Shown here piece by piece: positions 18,745 through 27,637 of a DNA stretch of 64,000 nucleotides. The position numbers were made by a program, and so were the translations under genes. How positions within the stretch are numbered: the first letter of the stretch is position 1; each line of letters starts with the position of its first letter. Location of the stretch: IMG/VR virus record IMGVR_UViG_3300046543_000266, positions 153,606 to 217,605 of that record; one strand, 5' to 3'. A model generated the notes under the pieces. That model ran no database searches and had not been told where the DNA came from. It saw only the letters and a list, made by a program, of their open reading frames with translations.

Positions 18745-19218
18745 TTAATAGTCGGCTACTGCGGTGTGATAGCAAACGATGCCGCGTGCGCGCCACATAT
18801 CGACTACGCATTGACGATCGTCGAACGCCATGAACACGTCGGCCAAGTCGAAGCCCGCTTGCTGCACGATCCACGGCTTGTAGTCTTCGTCCGACATCTT
18901 CGCAAGACCGTGGAGGCCGGGCGGACGCATCAGCAGTTGATCGTTGGTGATCTTCGGGCCAACGTACTCGTGAATCTGGTGGAGCGTCATACCCCGATAC
19001 TCAGGACCGTCGCCACGGCTGGTAACGAACAGCATGTGGAACGCCGGATTGTCGTAGAAGGCGCGGTAGACGTGTGCTCCTTGTGGGATCACCGTGTCAT
19101 TGACCGTTGCCTTGATGTAGGCTTCACGATCACCCTTGAAGTAGTGGGCCGTGCGATGGCTGGAGTTGATGAGGCAGCCGTCCAGATCACAGATGACCAG
19201 CTTGATTGGTGCTTGCAT
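18745..19218 (-). CDS. HAD-family phosphatase (T4 PNK phosphatase-like)
   Basis: DLDGCL motif I, FVTSR, LLMRP, FDDRQCVVDMWRARG. Confidence 0.85.
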   Translation of the reverse strand: MQAPIKLVICDLDGCLINSSHRTAHYFKGDREAYIKATVNDTVIPQGAHVYRAFYDNPAFHMLFVTSRGDGPEYRGMTLHQIHEYVGPKITNDQLLMRPPGLHGLAKMSDEDYKPWIVQQAGFDLADVFMAFDDRQCVVDMWRARGIVCYHTAVADY

Positions 19219-19251
19219 GAGGGAACCTCGTTGGGTTGGTTGTGGAGATGA

Positions 19252-19704
19252 TCAGTTGGCGGCTGCGGTTTCCGGCGACGCGAGCAGCAGTGCGCGCTCA
19301 GCGATCATGCGTTGCTTGGTGCGACGCTTCTCCAACAGCAGCGCGAAGTAGAAGATCGCGTCGAGAAGCGTTTCGTCCAGCGACTCGGTGGCATTCGCAT
19401 CACCTTCAACGTTGAACACGTCGTAGTTCAGCAGTTCGCACTGCGTCTCGAGGCGGTCGATCTTGCGCCAGATCGTGAAGAAGGCACCCGGTCCCACACG
19501 CTTGCACCACGACGCGCCGTACTCGCTGTCCTTCTTGATGCCGAGGTCGACCAGTTCGTTCATCATCTGGCGGATGTTCTCGAAGTTGGTATGCGGCAGG
19601 TCACGGTCTTGAATCAGCGAGTTGGGGAAAAAGGACACGCCGAAGTCCGGATGCAGCATCGACTGTTGTTTGGGTTGTTGGGGTTGTTTGGGTTGGTTGC
19701 TCAT
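19252..19704 (-). CDS. Nucleotide-modification-associated domain 1 (DUF1599, MazG-like) protein
   Basis: KKDSEYGASW...RKIDRLE...ETLLDAIFY. Confidence 0.7.
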   Translation of the reverse strand: MSNQPKQPQQPKQQSMLHPDFGVSFFPNSLIQDRDLPHTNFENIRQMMNELVDLGIKKDSEYGASWCKRVGPGAFFTIWRKIDRLETQCELLNYDVFNVEGDANATESLDETLLDAIFYFALLLEKRRTKQRMIAERALLLASPETAAAN

Positions 19705-19925
19705 GTTGGTTCCTTGGGTTGGAAGCGGTTCAATACTACGGCGGTTCCGTCAGCGCTAATACGTTGCCACACTAGCGCTTTCTCTTCGACGCTGAGGAAT
19801 ACCCAATTGTCTACTTCGAATTGGGTACGACCGCAGCCTTTGCATTTGGCGTCGAAGAGCGTGGAACACACGCCGATACATGGGGTGTCGAGTCCGTGCA
19901 TTACTTCATCCGGCGGCCGAGCCAC
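19701..19925 (-). CDS. DUF1289 family Cys-rich protein
   Basis: PCIGVCS...CKGCGRT..EV.NW. Confidence 0.8.
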   Translation of the reverse strand: MARPPDEVMHGLDTPCIGVCSTLFDAKCKGCGRTQFEVDNWVFLSVEEKALVWQRISADGTAVVLNRFQPKEPT

Positions 19926-21001
19926 ATGATACCGGCGGTCAGCCAGTCGTTGCCGAGCTTGGTGTCGAGGTCAAGCTGGAGGCACTGCTTGTTGTACGTG
20001 AGCAGAGCCAGACCGCTCGCCGTGTCGCCGGCCTTGTGCATGTTGTAAGCCCGAGCCATCGGCATTGCCACGTAGTCCAGGAACTGGTTCTCGTAGTCAC
20101 GGGGGTTCACCTGCTCGGTACACACCGTGACGAAGTCGCGCAGTTCGTCTTCGAATTCATCGCTGTCAGCTTGCAGCGGCAGCGGTGCCACGTCTTCGTC
20201 ATACCGACCTGGATAGGCCAGACCACCCTCGACCCCACGGAAGCCGTTGCCCGCGCGCTCGATGAACCGCTTTGTTACGTCGAACTCCGTGTAGATGTGC
20301 AGGTTGTTGGACACCTGATAGTAGTTGCCAACTTCGACGCCGATCTTGTTCGCCAGATATTCATGGAGGAACGCGAAGTGAACGGCGTTGGCGCCGTAGG
20401 CACCCCAGATCATGTCGTTGCTACGGTTCGTCACCGTGATATTGAGCTTGCCCTGACAGATGTCGACGTAGACCGCGGTATTGCACGGCAGGTCCTTCGA
20501 CGTCTGGTTCAGCAGATCCGACGGCTTATACTCGTTGTACATGCCGATGCCGCTTTCGTGCTCGACATCTTCGCCCTTGCCGTCCCACATGCTGATCACA
20601 CAGCGACGGCTGCCCGGATTCTTGCGCAGTTCGGCGATCACGGCGTCCAGCTGATCGTAGCCGAAGTGGTTGCGCCAGCGGAAGCCATACGCGCCGTTGA
20701 GCGTCTCACCGTCGTCGGTGTACTGGAGCATCTGCTTGGCATAGTAGCCGATGGTCGCCACGTCGTTGTTGCCATTCAGCATCCACATGCTTTCGATCAG
20801 GTGGAGGAACGGGTTGGCGTCGCGAGCCTTGCTGAACGACACACGGTGCATCGGGCTCGACCACATGGTCGTCACCGGACGGGGGAAGCGCAGGACCGGA
20901 CCGTTGCGGCTGTCGGTGACAACACCGTTGGCGAGGATCTGGGGGATGCCAATGCTGAGGGCATGGTCCGGGTTAGCTGCATGAATCACAAACATGAACA
21001 A
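19901..21001 (-). CDS. Thymidylate-synthase-fold dUMP hydroxymethylase (putative)
   Basis: DLPCN catalytic Cys, NRSNDMIWGAYGAN with Asn at the uracil-specifying position, SNNLHIY. Confidence 0.75.
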   Translation of the reverse strand: MFMFVIHAANPDHALSIGIPQILANGVVTDSRNGPVLRFPRPVTTMWSSPMHRVSFSKARDANPFLHLIESMWMLNGNNDVATIGYYAKQMLQYTDDGETLNGAYGFRWRNHFGYDQLDAVIAELRKNPGSRRCVISMWDGKGEDVEHESGIGMYNEYKPSDLLNQTSKDLPCNTAVYVDICQGKLNITVTNRSNDMIWGAYGANAVHFAFLHEYLANKIGVEVGNYYQVSNNLHIYTEFDVTKRFIERAGNGFRGVEGGLAYPGRYDEDVAPLPLQADSDEFEDELRDFVTVCTEQVNPRDYENQFLDYVAMPMARAYNMHKAGDTASGLALLTYNKQCLQLDLDTKLGNDWLTAGIMWLGRRMK

Positions 21002-21040
21002 CTCCTATGAGAAGGGTTTGATTGGTTGCATACACCAGCT

Positions 21041-21048
21041 TATTTACG
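21041..21048 (-). promoter_or_regulatory. CGTAAATA motif variant
   Basis: Intergenic, upstream of the TS-fold gene. Confidence 0.5.
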
Positions 21049-21066
21049 CGCTGGCTTAGAGTTGGA

Positions 21067-22071
21067 TTAGGAGCCTTTGTAGCCGCTGCGAGGCTCGCCT
21101 TCACCGCTGATGACGCGGCAGTATTTGTCGTACTCGCACAGACAGTTGCTGAGGTTCGCTGCGCTCAGGTCGACGAAGCCCGTCTCGAAGCTACCGGACC
21201 ACCACTTCGGAGGCACGATCGTCTTCGCCAACTTGTTCATGTCGCGGCGCAGCTTGACCATCGGCTCGTTGAGAGCATTGCCGCGGACGTCGGCTTTACG
21301 ACCGCCGCTCATCACTCGGTTCATACCCCGCGTAGTGCCCGGTCCAGGACTAGTGAACGTCTCGATGTCCGTGGCATTCATCAGCCACTTCTGGCTGTAC
21401 GTCAGGTCGACGATAACCTGATATGCCATGAACGGTCCCCAACCTTGATACTCACGAAGGGTGGATACGGCCTCTTCCTGGGACTCCTTGAACTTACTGC
21501 GCAATTCCTTGCGATCCTTCCACAGCGGATCCAGCCCAAAGTACGGGATGTAGTAAGCCTTGCTGTTGTCCGGCGGGTTCGTGCCCTTCGGGAACACGCT
21601 GTTGACGATGTAGGCACCGGTGATCAGCTTCTGCTTCTCGTTCTTGATAGCGTTGAACGTGGCGTAGGCTTTCTTGGCACTCCAGCCGTCGACTGGGAAG
21701 CTACCTTCGTCCATCATGCGTTGCAGCGTATCCGGCCAGTTGATGATACGAGCCAGCGCCAGCATGAACCACAGGTCCGGATGGTTCTGGTACGGCGTGA
21801 TGATGTTGTCGATTATCCACTTGCTGACCGTGTCGAGCTCACGGTAGATGTTGCAGAAGCGGTAAGCGCGCAGCACTGGATCGTTGGTCCACGGCTTGGC
21901 CTTGCCTACGTGATAGCGCTTCAGGTAGATAGAGTGGCGCTCGATCCAGAACTTCGTGATCGACTCTACCTTGTTTTGATCTTCGGGCTGGAACAGATAG
22001 GGCAGCTTCTTCGGAGCCGCCGCTGGCTGATCAAACAGACTGCCTTGACTGGCGTTTGTTTTGCGCTTCAT
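21067..22071 (-). CDS. 5-hmdU DNA kinase (aGPT-Pplase1 family)
   Basis: ERHSIYLKR..G...PWTNDPVLRAYRFCNIYRELD signature, GWGPFMAYQ, LSNCLCEYDKY. Start at ATG 22071 with ATGA overlap. Confidence 0.8.
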   Translation of the reverse strand: MKRKTNASQGSLFDQPAAAPKKLPYLFQPEDQNKVESITKFWIERHSIYLKRYHVGKAKPWTNDPVLRAYRFCNIYRELDTVSKWIIDNIITPYQNHPDLWFMLALARIINWPDTLQRMMDEGSFPVDGWSAKKAYATFNAIKNEKQKLITGAYIVNSVFPKGTNPPDNSKAYYIPYFGLDPLWKDRKELRSKFKESQEEAVSTLREYQGWGPFMAYQVIVDLTYSQKWLMNATDIETFTSPGPGTTRGMNRVMSGGRKADVRGNALNEPMVKLRRDMNKLAKTIVPPKWWSGSFETGFVDLSAANLSNCLCEYDKYCRVISGEGEPRSGYKGS

Positions 22072-22376
22072 TTGAATAAGCCTCGTGTTCTTTGATTGGC
22101 AATCGTTGCCAGATACGTACCGTGACAGCGCTTGGGATTGCACCAACATCCGAGACGCTGTCCTTTTAAATCACGGCGGATCTCGTCTCGGGTTGGTGGC
22201 GTTTCTCCGTTAGGTGCTTCGAGCAATCCGTCTAGCCACTTCATGTGCTTGTCGCAGCATTCGGTACGCGTGCCGTGAACGCCGACCACAAAGGGATTGC
22301 CGTACTTCTGAGGCCTCCCGATGTAGACGTCGTATTCGGATCGCTCGCAGTGGACAACCAACGGATGGTTCGTCAT
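22068..22376 (-). CDS. DUF4326 family protein
   Basis: VVHC...DVYIGRP.KYGNPF...LGCWCNP..CHG. ATGA overlaps at both ends. Confidence 0.8.
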   Translation of the reverse strand: MTNHPLVVHCERSEYDVYIGRPQKYGNPFVVGVHGTRTECCDKHMKWLDGLLEAPNGETPPTRDEIRRDLKGQRLGCWCNPKRCHGTYLATIANQRTRGLFK

Positions 22377-23167
22377 AGCAGGAAGTGTTCGGCTTCGATT
22401 GCACGAGTGCGCCAGTACATGCACTGGTCACCGAGCGACATGTTGCGAATGTCGTCTTCGGAATAGTACCCGAGCACCTTGCGCGCCAGCGTGTCCACGG
22501 TATGTGCGTGGGTTGTACCCCTATTTACGCTGCCGACCATTTCGTAGCCGAAGAGCTTGAAATCGCGCTCGTACAGACGGTTGATCAGGCCCAGAACATC
22601 TTCGTCCAGTTCTTCGATTTTCAGCTTCGGACCAGTCGGATACTTCGTCTGATCCTTCGAGTGGCCGAACTCTTCGGTTTCCACGCCGATCATTTCACGC
22701 ACCGTTTTCCAGTCGGCATCAAGGCGCTCGTAGCGGCCGATGAAGTCAGCGTAGCACTTGTTGCCTTGATAGAAGAAGTAATGCTGCGGGCAGAAGTGCG
22801 TGTACTTCCAGTCGAAGCGCACACTTACTTCGTTCAGATTGCGGCGCGCGAATTCGTTGAAGTCGGCATCGGCCGGCAGATTGTGTTGGCGCTTGTGCTC
22901 GGCCCACGAACTGATGAGACGAGTGTACGGATCACGCACGAAGCCGAACTTGAAGTACTCCTCGAAGTAGTGATGGGGCCACACTGCCGGGATGTCGGCA
23001 ACGCACACGTGGAACACTTCGATCACACGTTCGAGCTTGGGAATGAACGACTGGTAGTCCAGCTTCAGCGGGTTGCTGTCATACTGGAAGAGGGTGCGGC
23101 GAATCGACGTTCCTGCAACCTTTGGGTTGTGCAAAAACATGAACTTGTTTTGGTCACTGATGATCAT
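22373..23167 (-). CDS. PAPS-dependent sulfotransferase (Sulfotransfer_2 / carbohydrate sulfotransferase-like)
   Basis: 5'-PSB loop FLHNPKVAGTS, 3'-PB motif FVRDPYTRLIS, DFIGRYERLDADW. Confidence 0.85.
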   Translation of the reverse strand: MIISDQNKFMFLHNPKVAGTSIRRTLFQYDSNPLKLDYQSFIPKLERVIEVFHVCVADIPAVWPHHYFEEYFKFGFVRDPYTRLISSWAEHKRQHNLPADADFNEFARRNLNEVSVRFDWKYTHFCPQHYFFYQGNKCYADFIGRYERLDADWKTVREMIGVETEEFGHSKDQTKYPTGPKLKIEELDEDVLGLINRLYERDFKLFGYEMVGSVNRGTTHAHTVDTLARKVLGYYSEDDIRNMSLGDQCMYWRTRAIEAEHFLL

Positions 23168-24077
23168 TGAGCAGTCTCTTGAGGTATTCGCGGTCTTTGT
23201 TTTGAAACGCCAGTTCGGCCTTCAGTAGTAATTTACCCTTCTCGCGGAACTTGGCGCGCTTTTCTTTGTCTTTGAACAGGCCCGGTGCGTTCATGAAGTC
23301 GACGCGCAGGAAGGACGCAACGTGCTGAGCTTGCTTGCCGCGCTTGATCAAACCTGGGAACATCACCATCTGGCGCAGGAACGAGTCGTGGACATGCTGG
23401 ACCTTGCGCTCGCTGCCTGCACCACCTTGATCTTTCGGGTCGAAGGTGGTGTTCCACAGCATGTGATAGTCGACGACCGAACGATAGCCGTTGCACAGCA
23501 CCGCCAGATTGTGAACTGTGTCGATGCCCCACAGATCGCGCGTTTCCTTCTTGTCGATGCAGTGCAGCAGGATGTTCACATCGTAGCCCGCGACGTTGGT
23601 ACACTTGTGATTCTTGCGCTCCAGTCCCCAACGTTCGATGATGTTCTTGTGCATGAAGTAAGCGCCAGCGCCGACCAGCGCGTTACCCTTGCGGAACAGT
23701 TGCGGAGCCCTCTTCAGGAACCACTCGTCCGCAGCGCTGATGTCTTTGGTTGCGCCCACGTACTTGTCACCACGACGACCGTAGAACAGCATGTCGTCCT
23801 CTATCACCATTGCGAACTTGGCCCCCTGCTTGCGATGATGATCGAACACCGAGTAGCGCTTGTTCGGCAGCAGGATGTCGTCCTTGGTGCGCAAGAAGTC
23901 CACGTGCTTGGCGTAGGCTTCCTTCTTGTGGGCCGCATGCTCTGAGGCCGGGCACACCACTGTGATGTGCTTCTGCACTTCAGGGGACAGGTAGGACAGC
24001 GTCTTCTGCCGTCCTACTCGCCCCTTGGTCAGCAGGTAGATGTGGTAGTCTTTATCCATATGATACGTAGGTTCCAA
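23154..24077 (-). CDS. GT-A glycosyltransferase (TET-associated/GREB1/base-J GT-like), paralog 3
   Basis: LLTKGR..Q.TL...VVCPASE, KR..V, VIEDDMLF. Confidence 0.65.
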   Translation of the reverse strand: MEPTYHMDKDYHIYLLTKGRVGRQKTLSYLSPEVQKHITVVCPASEHAAHKKEAYAKHVDFLRTKDDILLPNKRYSVFDHHRKQGAKFAMVIEDDMLFYGRRGDKYVGATKDISAADEWFLKRAPQLFRKGNALVGAGAYFMHKNIIERWGLERKNHKCTNVAGYDVNILLHCIDKKETRDLWGIDTVHNLAVLCNGYRSVVDYHMLWNTTFDPKDQGGAGSERKVQHVHDSFLRQMVMFPGLIKRGKQAQHVASFLRVDFMNAPGLFKDKEKRAKFREKGKLLLKAELAFQNKDREYLKRLLNDHQ

Positions 24078-24570
24078 CCCACCCTTTATGGTGTTCTTTT
24101 ATACCGCCGCAGACGGCCTTCATGCAAGAGTAGTCTAGACCGTGAATGCGGCATAGACCCCTGAGATTGTTTCCAATGTAGCTCACCCAACGTGGAGAAG
24201 TCACGTGGTAGCCGCGCGCCAGCTTGTTGCCAATCTCCACATCACCGCCGTTGAGGGCGCGCTCCGACAAGTTCTGAGCGGTTGTGATGAACCGGCAGTT
24301 ACCCCAGACGTAATCACCGACGTCACCGAGGCGACCCATCTGGAATTCGGATACTGCCTTTCCGATCTGATCGGGGTGTTTTATACCGGCACGTTTCGCG
24401 AGCTTCATGTACTGGCGGAAGGTCAGCAAACAGACGCAACCACGACGACTAGCATTTCCGCGTAGATCGCGCCATTTCCTTCGCCATTGAAACCAGTAGC
24501 TCTGATCGAAGCTGAGCTTCTGCAGCACACCACAAGCTTCCTCTTCAGTTAGAACACGATCCCGAGTCAT
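24052..24570 (-). CDS. Free-standing HNH-like homing endonuclease
   Basis: MGRLGDVGDYVWGNCRFITTAQN beta-beta-alpha-like motif. Paralog of 39780..40397. Confidence 0.6.
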   Translation of the reverse strand: MTRDRVLTEEEACGVLQKLSFDQSYWFQWRRKWRDLRGNASRRGCVCLLTFRQYMKLAKRAGIKHPDQIGKAVSEFQMGRLGDVGDYVWGNCRFITTAQNLSERALNGGDVEIGNKLARGYHVTSPRWVSYIGNNLRGLCRIHGLDYSCMKAVCGGIKEHHKGWVGTYVSYG

Positions 24571-25337
24571 TAGACCAGCCCTCCGATTTTAGCAGCACCC
24601 CTCCAACTGATGCGAGTGTTGGAATCCGGGTGTTGGGCCGATGGCGGCTTTTCCTTCACGACATCGGGGTGCAGCTTGAGCAGCTTCTGCAGCGCAGCCT
24701 TCGCCATATCACGGGTACGTTCACCTTCTAGCCCACCTGGAGCGTCGGCCTTACGCTGCGCCACCGCCATGTCGTACGTGAGGGCGATTCGCGTTCCACC
24801 CTTGAGTAGTTGGAGCGTGTAGTCTATGTCCTCGTACGGAAATAAACGATCCCACACGATCTTCTTTACGGTGCCGCGGGACATGCCGAAGGCGAATCCT
24901 AGATGGCTGTTCTCTTTGATACCACCCTTCGGCGCGAAAGCCTTGGTCCCGAGCCCGACGCACTTGTAGCGCGAGCACAGGTCCGGAAGCACCTTGGTCC
25001 AGAAGCCCTTGGTCACTTCGGGAACCGTCGACGCCACGACGTGCTTGTCCTGCTCCTTATCGAAGGCATACAGGTACAGATCGTCGTCGAACATGAACGC
25101 GTACTTGTGCGGGCTGTTCTCCATGATCCACTGGCGCTTGGCACTCAGCGTCTGGATGGACTTCGGCTGCGCCAGCACGTTGACCTTCGGGTAGTTGGCC
25201 TTGAGGATAACGACTTCATCCTTGGGGCATACCAGAGTGACGTGACCGTGCATTCCCTTAGGCAACCGCTCGACCGTCAGCTGGTTGGCAGTACGGCCCC
25301 GCGTTGGGATGTAGATATGATAGTTGATCTTGGACAT
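24570..25337 (-). CDS. GT-A glycosyltransferase (TET-associated/GREB1/base-J GT-like), paralog 2
   Basis: YIPTRGR..QLT, LVCPKDE, KRQWI, MFDDDL, YEDIDYTLQLL. Confidence 0.7.
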   Translation of the reverse strand: MSKINYHIYIPTRGRTANQLTVERLPKGMHGHVTLVCPKDEVVILKANYPKVNVLAQPKSIQTLSAKRQWIMENSPHKYAFMFDDDLYLYAFDKEQDKHVVASTVPEVTKGFWTKVLPDLCSRYKCVGLGTKAFAPKGGIKENSHLGFAFGMSRGTVKKIVWDRLFPYEDIDYTLQLLKGGTRIALTYDMAVAQRKADAPGGLEGERTRDMAKAALQKLLKLHPDVVKEKPPSAQHPDSNTRISWRGAAKIGGLV

Positions 25338-26071
25338 CAGAAGCGAGCCTCGTTTCTGCGTTGGAATTCCGCCAGATGCTCAGGCGTACCCAGATTGGTG
25401 AACTGACGGGTCTCGAAGTACCGCAGCGGCAGTCGTGTGATCCCGTTGATGACGGCGCTCAGTGGCAGTTCGGCATAAGGCTTTCTGTTGCGCTCGGCTT
25501 CAAGGAACGCATCCGCCATGTCGTCCACGTTACGGAACCAGTAGCAGCCAGTGTTGATGTAGTCGGAGATCCGCAGCTTCTCGGACAGACCATGGAACAC
25601 GGCAGTCTTACGCCACGCCGAATGATACTTGGCTGGATTGTTCAGGAAAGAGTACTCTTCCGACCCGCTCTTGTCTTCGTAGGCAATGACGCCGGAGCTG
25701 CCCTCGATGACTGCTTCGGTCATGGTGTACTTGAGGTCGACGTGTGCCGAGCAGTCACAGTCGAAGATGATGACCGGTCCTTCACGCGGTGGATCGCACA
25801 TCAACGCCAGAGCCATCGCGCTGAATGCCGGACCCGGCGAAACGTCTTCGAGATAGTGGACGGCCTTGAAGGTATCCCCGTACTGTGCGAGCAGCTCCTC
25901 GTCCTTGCGCAGGATCAGGATCTCGACGTCCGACGGTTCCAGCCCATACGAGTCGATAACCCATCGGTACATCGGGACGCCCGGAAGTACTTCGATGAAC
26001 GGCTTGCTGACCGGGAATCCCTGCTCCCGGAAGCGTGAGCCCATTCCGGCGGCGGACATTAGATAGCGCAT
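25337..26071 (-). CDS. Sugar-phosphate nucleotidyltransferase-like protein
   Basis: AAGMGSRF.....SKPFI, GPAFSA, FDCD, INTGCYWF, LGTPE. Confidence 0.75.
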   Translation of the reverse strand: MRYLMSAAGMGSRFREQGFPVSKPFIEVLPGVPMYRWVIDSYGLEPSDVEILILRKDEELLAQYGDTFKAVHYLEDVSPGPAFSAMALALMCDPPREGPVIIFDCDCSAHVDLKYTMTEAVIEGSSGVIAYEDKSGSEEYSFLNNPAKYHSAWRKTAVFHGLSEKLRISDYINTGCYWFRNVDDMADAFLEAERNRKPYAELPLSAVINGITRLPLRYFETRQFTNLGTPEHLAEFQRRNEARF

Positions 26072-27597
26072 GATTGCTGTTCCATGAGTTGGTATATTTC
26101 TTGGCCCTTCTTGAACAGAGCCAGTTGTCGTTGCAGCGAATCGCTGTGTAGCGGCAGCATTGAGAAGAACAGCAGCGCAGTCATCGCCAGCACTTCTTGG
26201 AAGTCGATACCGAAGCGCTCCCGAACTACGACGCTGAAGTAACTAATGACCTCACGGTTCAGCGGAGGCGGGTTGATTGCCGAGACACTGTAGTGCCCGG
26301 CGATAATCGAGTCGTAGCCAACCATCGAGTGCAGCAGCTTTGCCAACTCGTAGCGGACGTCGCCGTATATGGAGCGCTCGTCGAATCCGTTGAGGCCGCG
26401 CGGGTCAAACACCTTGATGCTATTAGTGCGATGGTCATACGCGATGTTGCTGAAGCACAGGTCACCATGAACTACCGAGATACGGTCAGGGCGATCGGGT
26501 ATCTGTGCGATGCAGTGCTCGGACAATGCCGTAAGCTCAGGCACAATCTCCGAGAAGGTGTCGGACTGGCCGCTGGACTGACCACTGAGTTGTAGCTGCT
26601 GGATGCGCTGGCGAGTCTTACCTTCGATGAGCTCACGGAACGCCGCCGCTTCATGCAGGACGGTCTCTGAGTCGATATGGTGTCCCGGGTCACCACCAAT
26701 GAAGTCGAGGCACTTGTCGATGATGGTGTGCCACACACCAAACTCTTGATTGCCGAACACGTACAGTTCAGCCAGCGTCGGCAGCGGCAGGTACTCGATC
26801 TCGTAGGATCCGTAGCAGTCGTACGACAGCAGGGCCGGAGTGTACTTACGCAGCTTGACTGGGAGGTTGCTGTACCAATCGAACTCAGCGTGGATCTTGG
26901 CTGGAGTACCACTCTTACTCACCACGTTGTCTTCGATGCGAAGTTGGTTGAAATGCCGCGACGTCAGGAAGTTCTGCTTGGACAGGAAGTAGGTAGCAGC
27001 GTGTCCGAAGTCAAACCAGTCGACGCCGTCCGTATAGTCCTGATAGGTTACGGCGACTTCGTCGTGAATCCAATCCAGGGCTTCACTGATATCGTCGTCA
27101 GGTGCTATCACACGCGCTACCGTGTTGAGCGGAGCCATGAAGTATCCGATGAACACAGCATTGCGGCCGTTATCCAAGCGTATATCCAACCAGTTGAAGT
27201 TACCCGGACGGGTCGCAGCCACCCCGATGCACGGAGTGGTCGCCCACTTGCTGATCAGTGTATCGCCCCACAGAACGTGTAGTTCCACACCCTCACAGTT
27301 TCGAGCACCGTTCAAGTGGTTCACTATCCTGGTCACCGCATAGTACAGAACGTGCGACAACGGACGTGGGTGCTTGGACGAGTACTCACTTAACATGGTC
27401 ACGCGATCATCGCACGGCGGCATCGGGAAATCTTCCGGATGTGTGACAAATACCTTGTCGAAGTCTGCACCCATCTTCAGCTGATGTTGGATCAACGACT
27501 TGCCAGCTACCGGAATGCGTGAGGCGGGCAGCTTACCGAACATGAACTGAAGCTCGGGGTTGCACAGCGCTGAAGACAGGATAAGCAGGACCTTCAT
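26059..27597 (-). CDS. Nucleotidyltransferase-like + APH/choline-kinase-like fusion (capsule-biosynthesis-type)
   Basis: N-terminal FGKLPASRIPVAG, WFDFGH, C-terminal VVHGDLCFSNI and KVFDPRG kinase motifs. Start at ATG 27597. Confidence 0.75.
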   Translation of the reverse strand: MKVLLILSSALCNPELQFMFGKLPASRIPVAGKSLIQHQLKMGADFDKVFVTHPEDFPMPPCDDRVTMLSEYSSKHPRPLSHVLYYAVTRIVNHLNGARNCEGVELHVLWGDTLISKWATTPCIGVAATRPGNFNWLDIRLDNGRNAVFIGYFMAPLNTVARVIAPDDDISEALDWIHDEVAVTYQDYTDGVDWFDFGHAATYFLSKQNFLTSRHFNQLRIEDNVVSKSGTPAKIHAEFDWYSNLPVKLRKYTPALLSYDCYGSYEIEYLPLPTLAELYVFGNQEFGVWHTIIDKCLDFIGGDPGHHIDSETVLHEAAAFRELIEGKTRQRIQQLQLSGQSSGQSDTFSEIVPELTALSEHCIAQIPDRPDRISVVHGDLCFSNIAYDHRTNSIKVFDPRGLNGFDERSIYGDVRYELAKLLHSMVGYDSIIAGHYSVSAINPPPLNREVISYFSVVVRERFGIDFQEVLAMTALLFFSMLPLHSDSLQRQLALFKKGQEIYQLMEQQSCAI

Positions 27598-27629
27598 TAT
27601 GACCTCGGATTGTTGTGGGCGTACTACCC

Positions 27630-27637
27630 TATTTACT
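27630..27637 (-). promoter_or_regulatory. AGTAAATA motif
   Basis: Overlaps the TAA of the upstream GT gene. Confidence 0.55.

Noticed and set aside
19901-21001. Calling the TS-fold gene an ordinary thyA or a dCMP hydroxymethylase
   Set aside because: The sequence is divergent from ThyA, sits next to a 5-hmdU DNA kinase, and has Asn rather than the Asp of dCMP enzymes. Canonical TS activity is not fully excluded without an assay.
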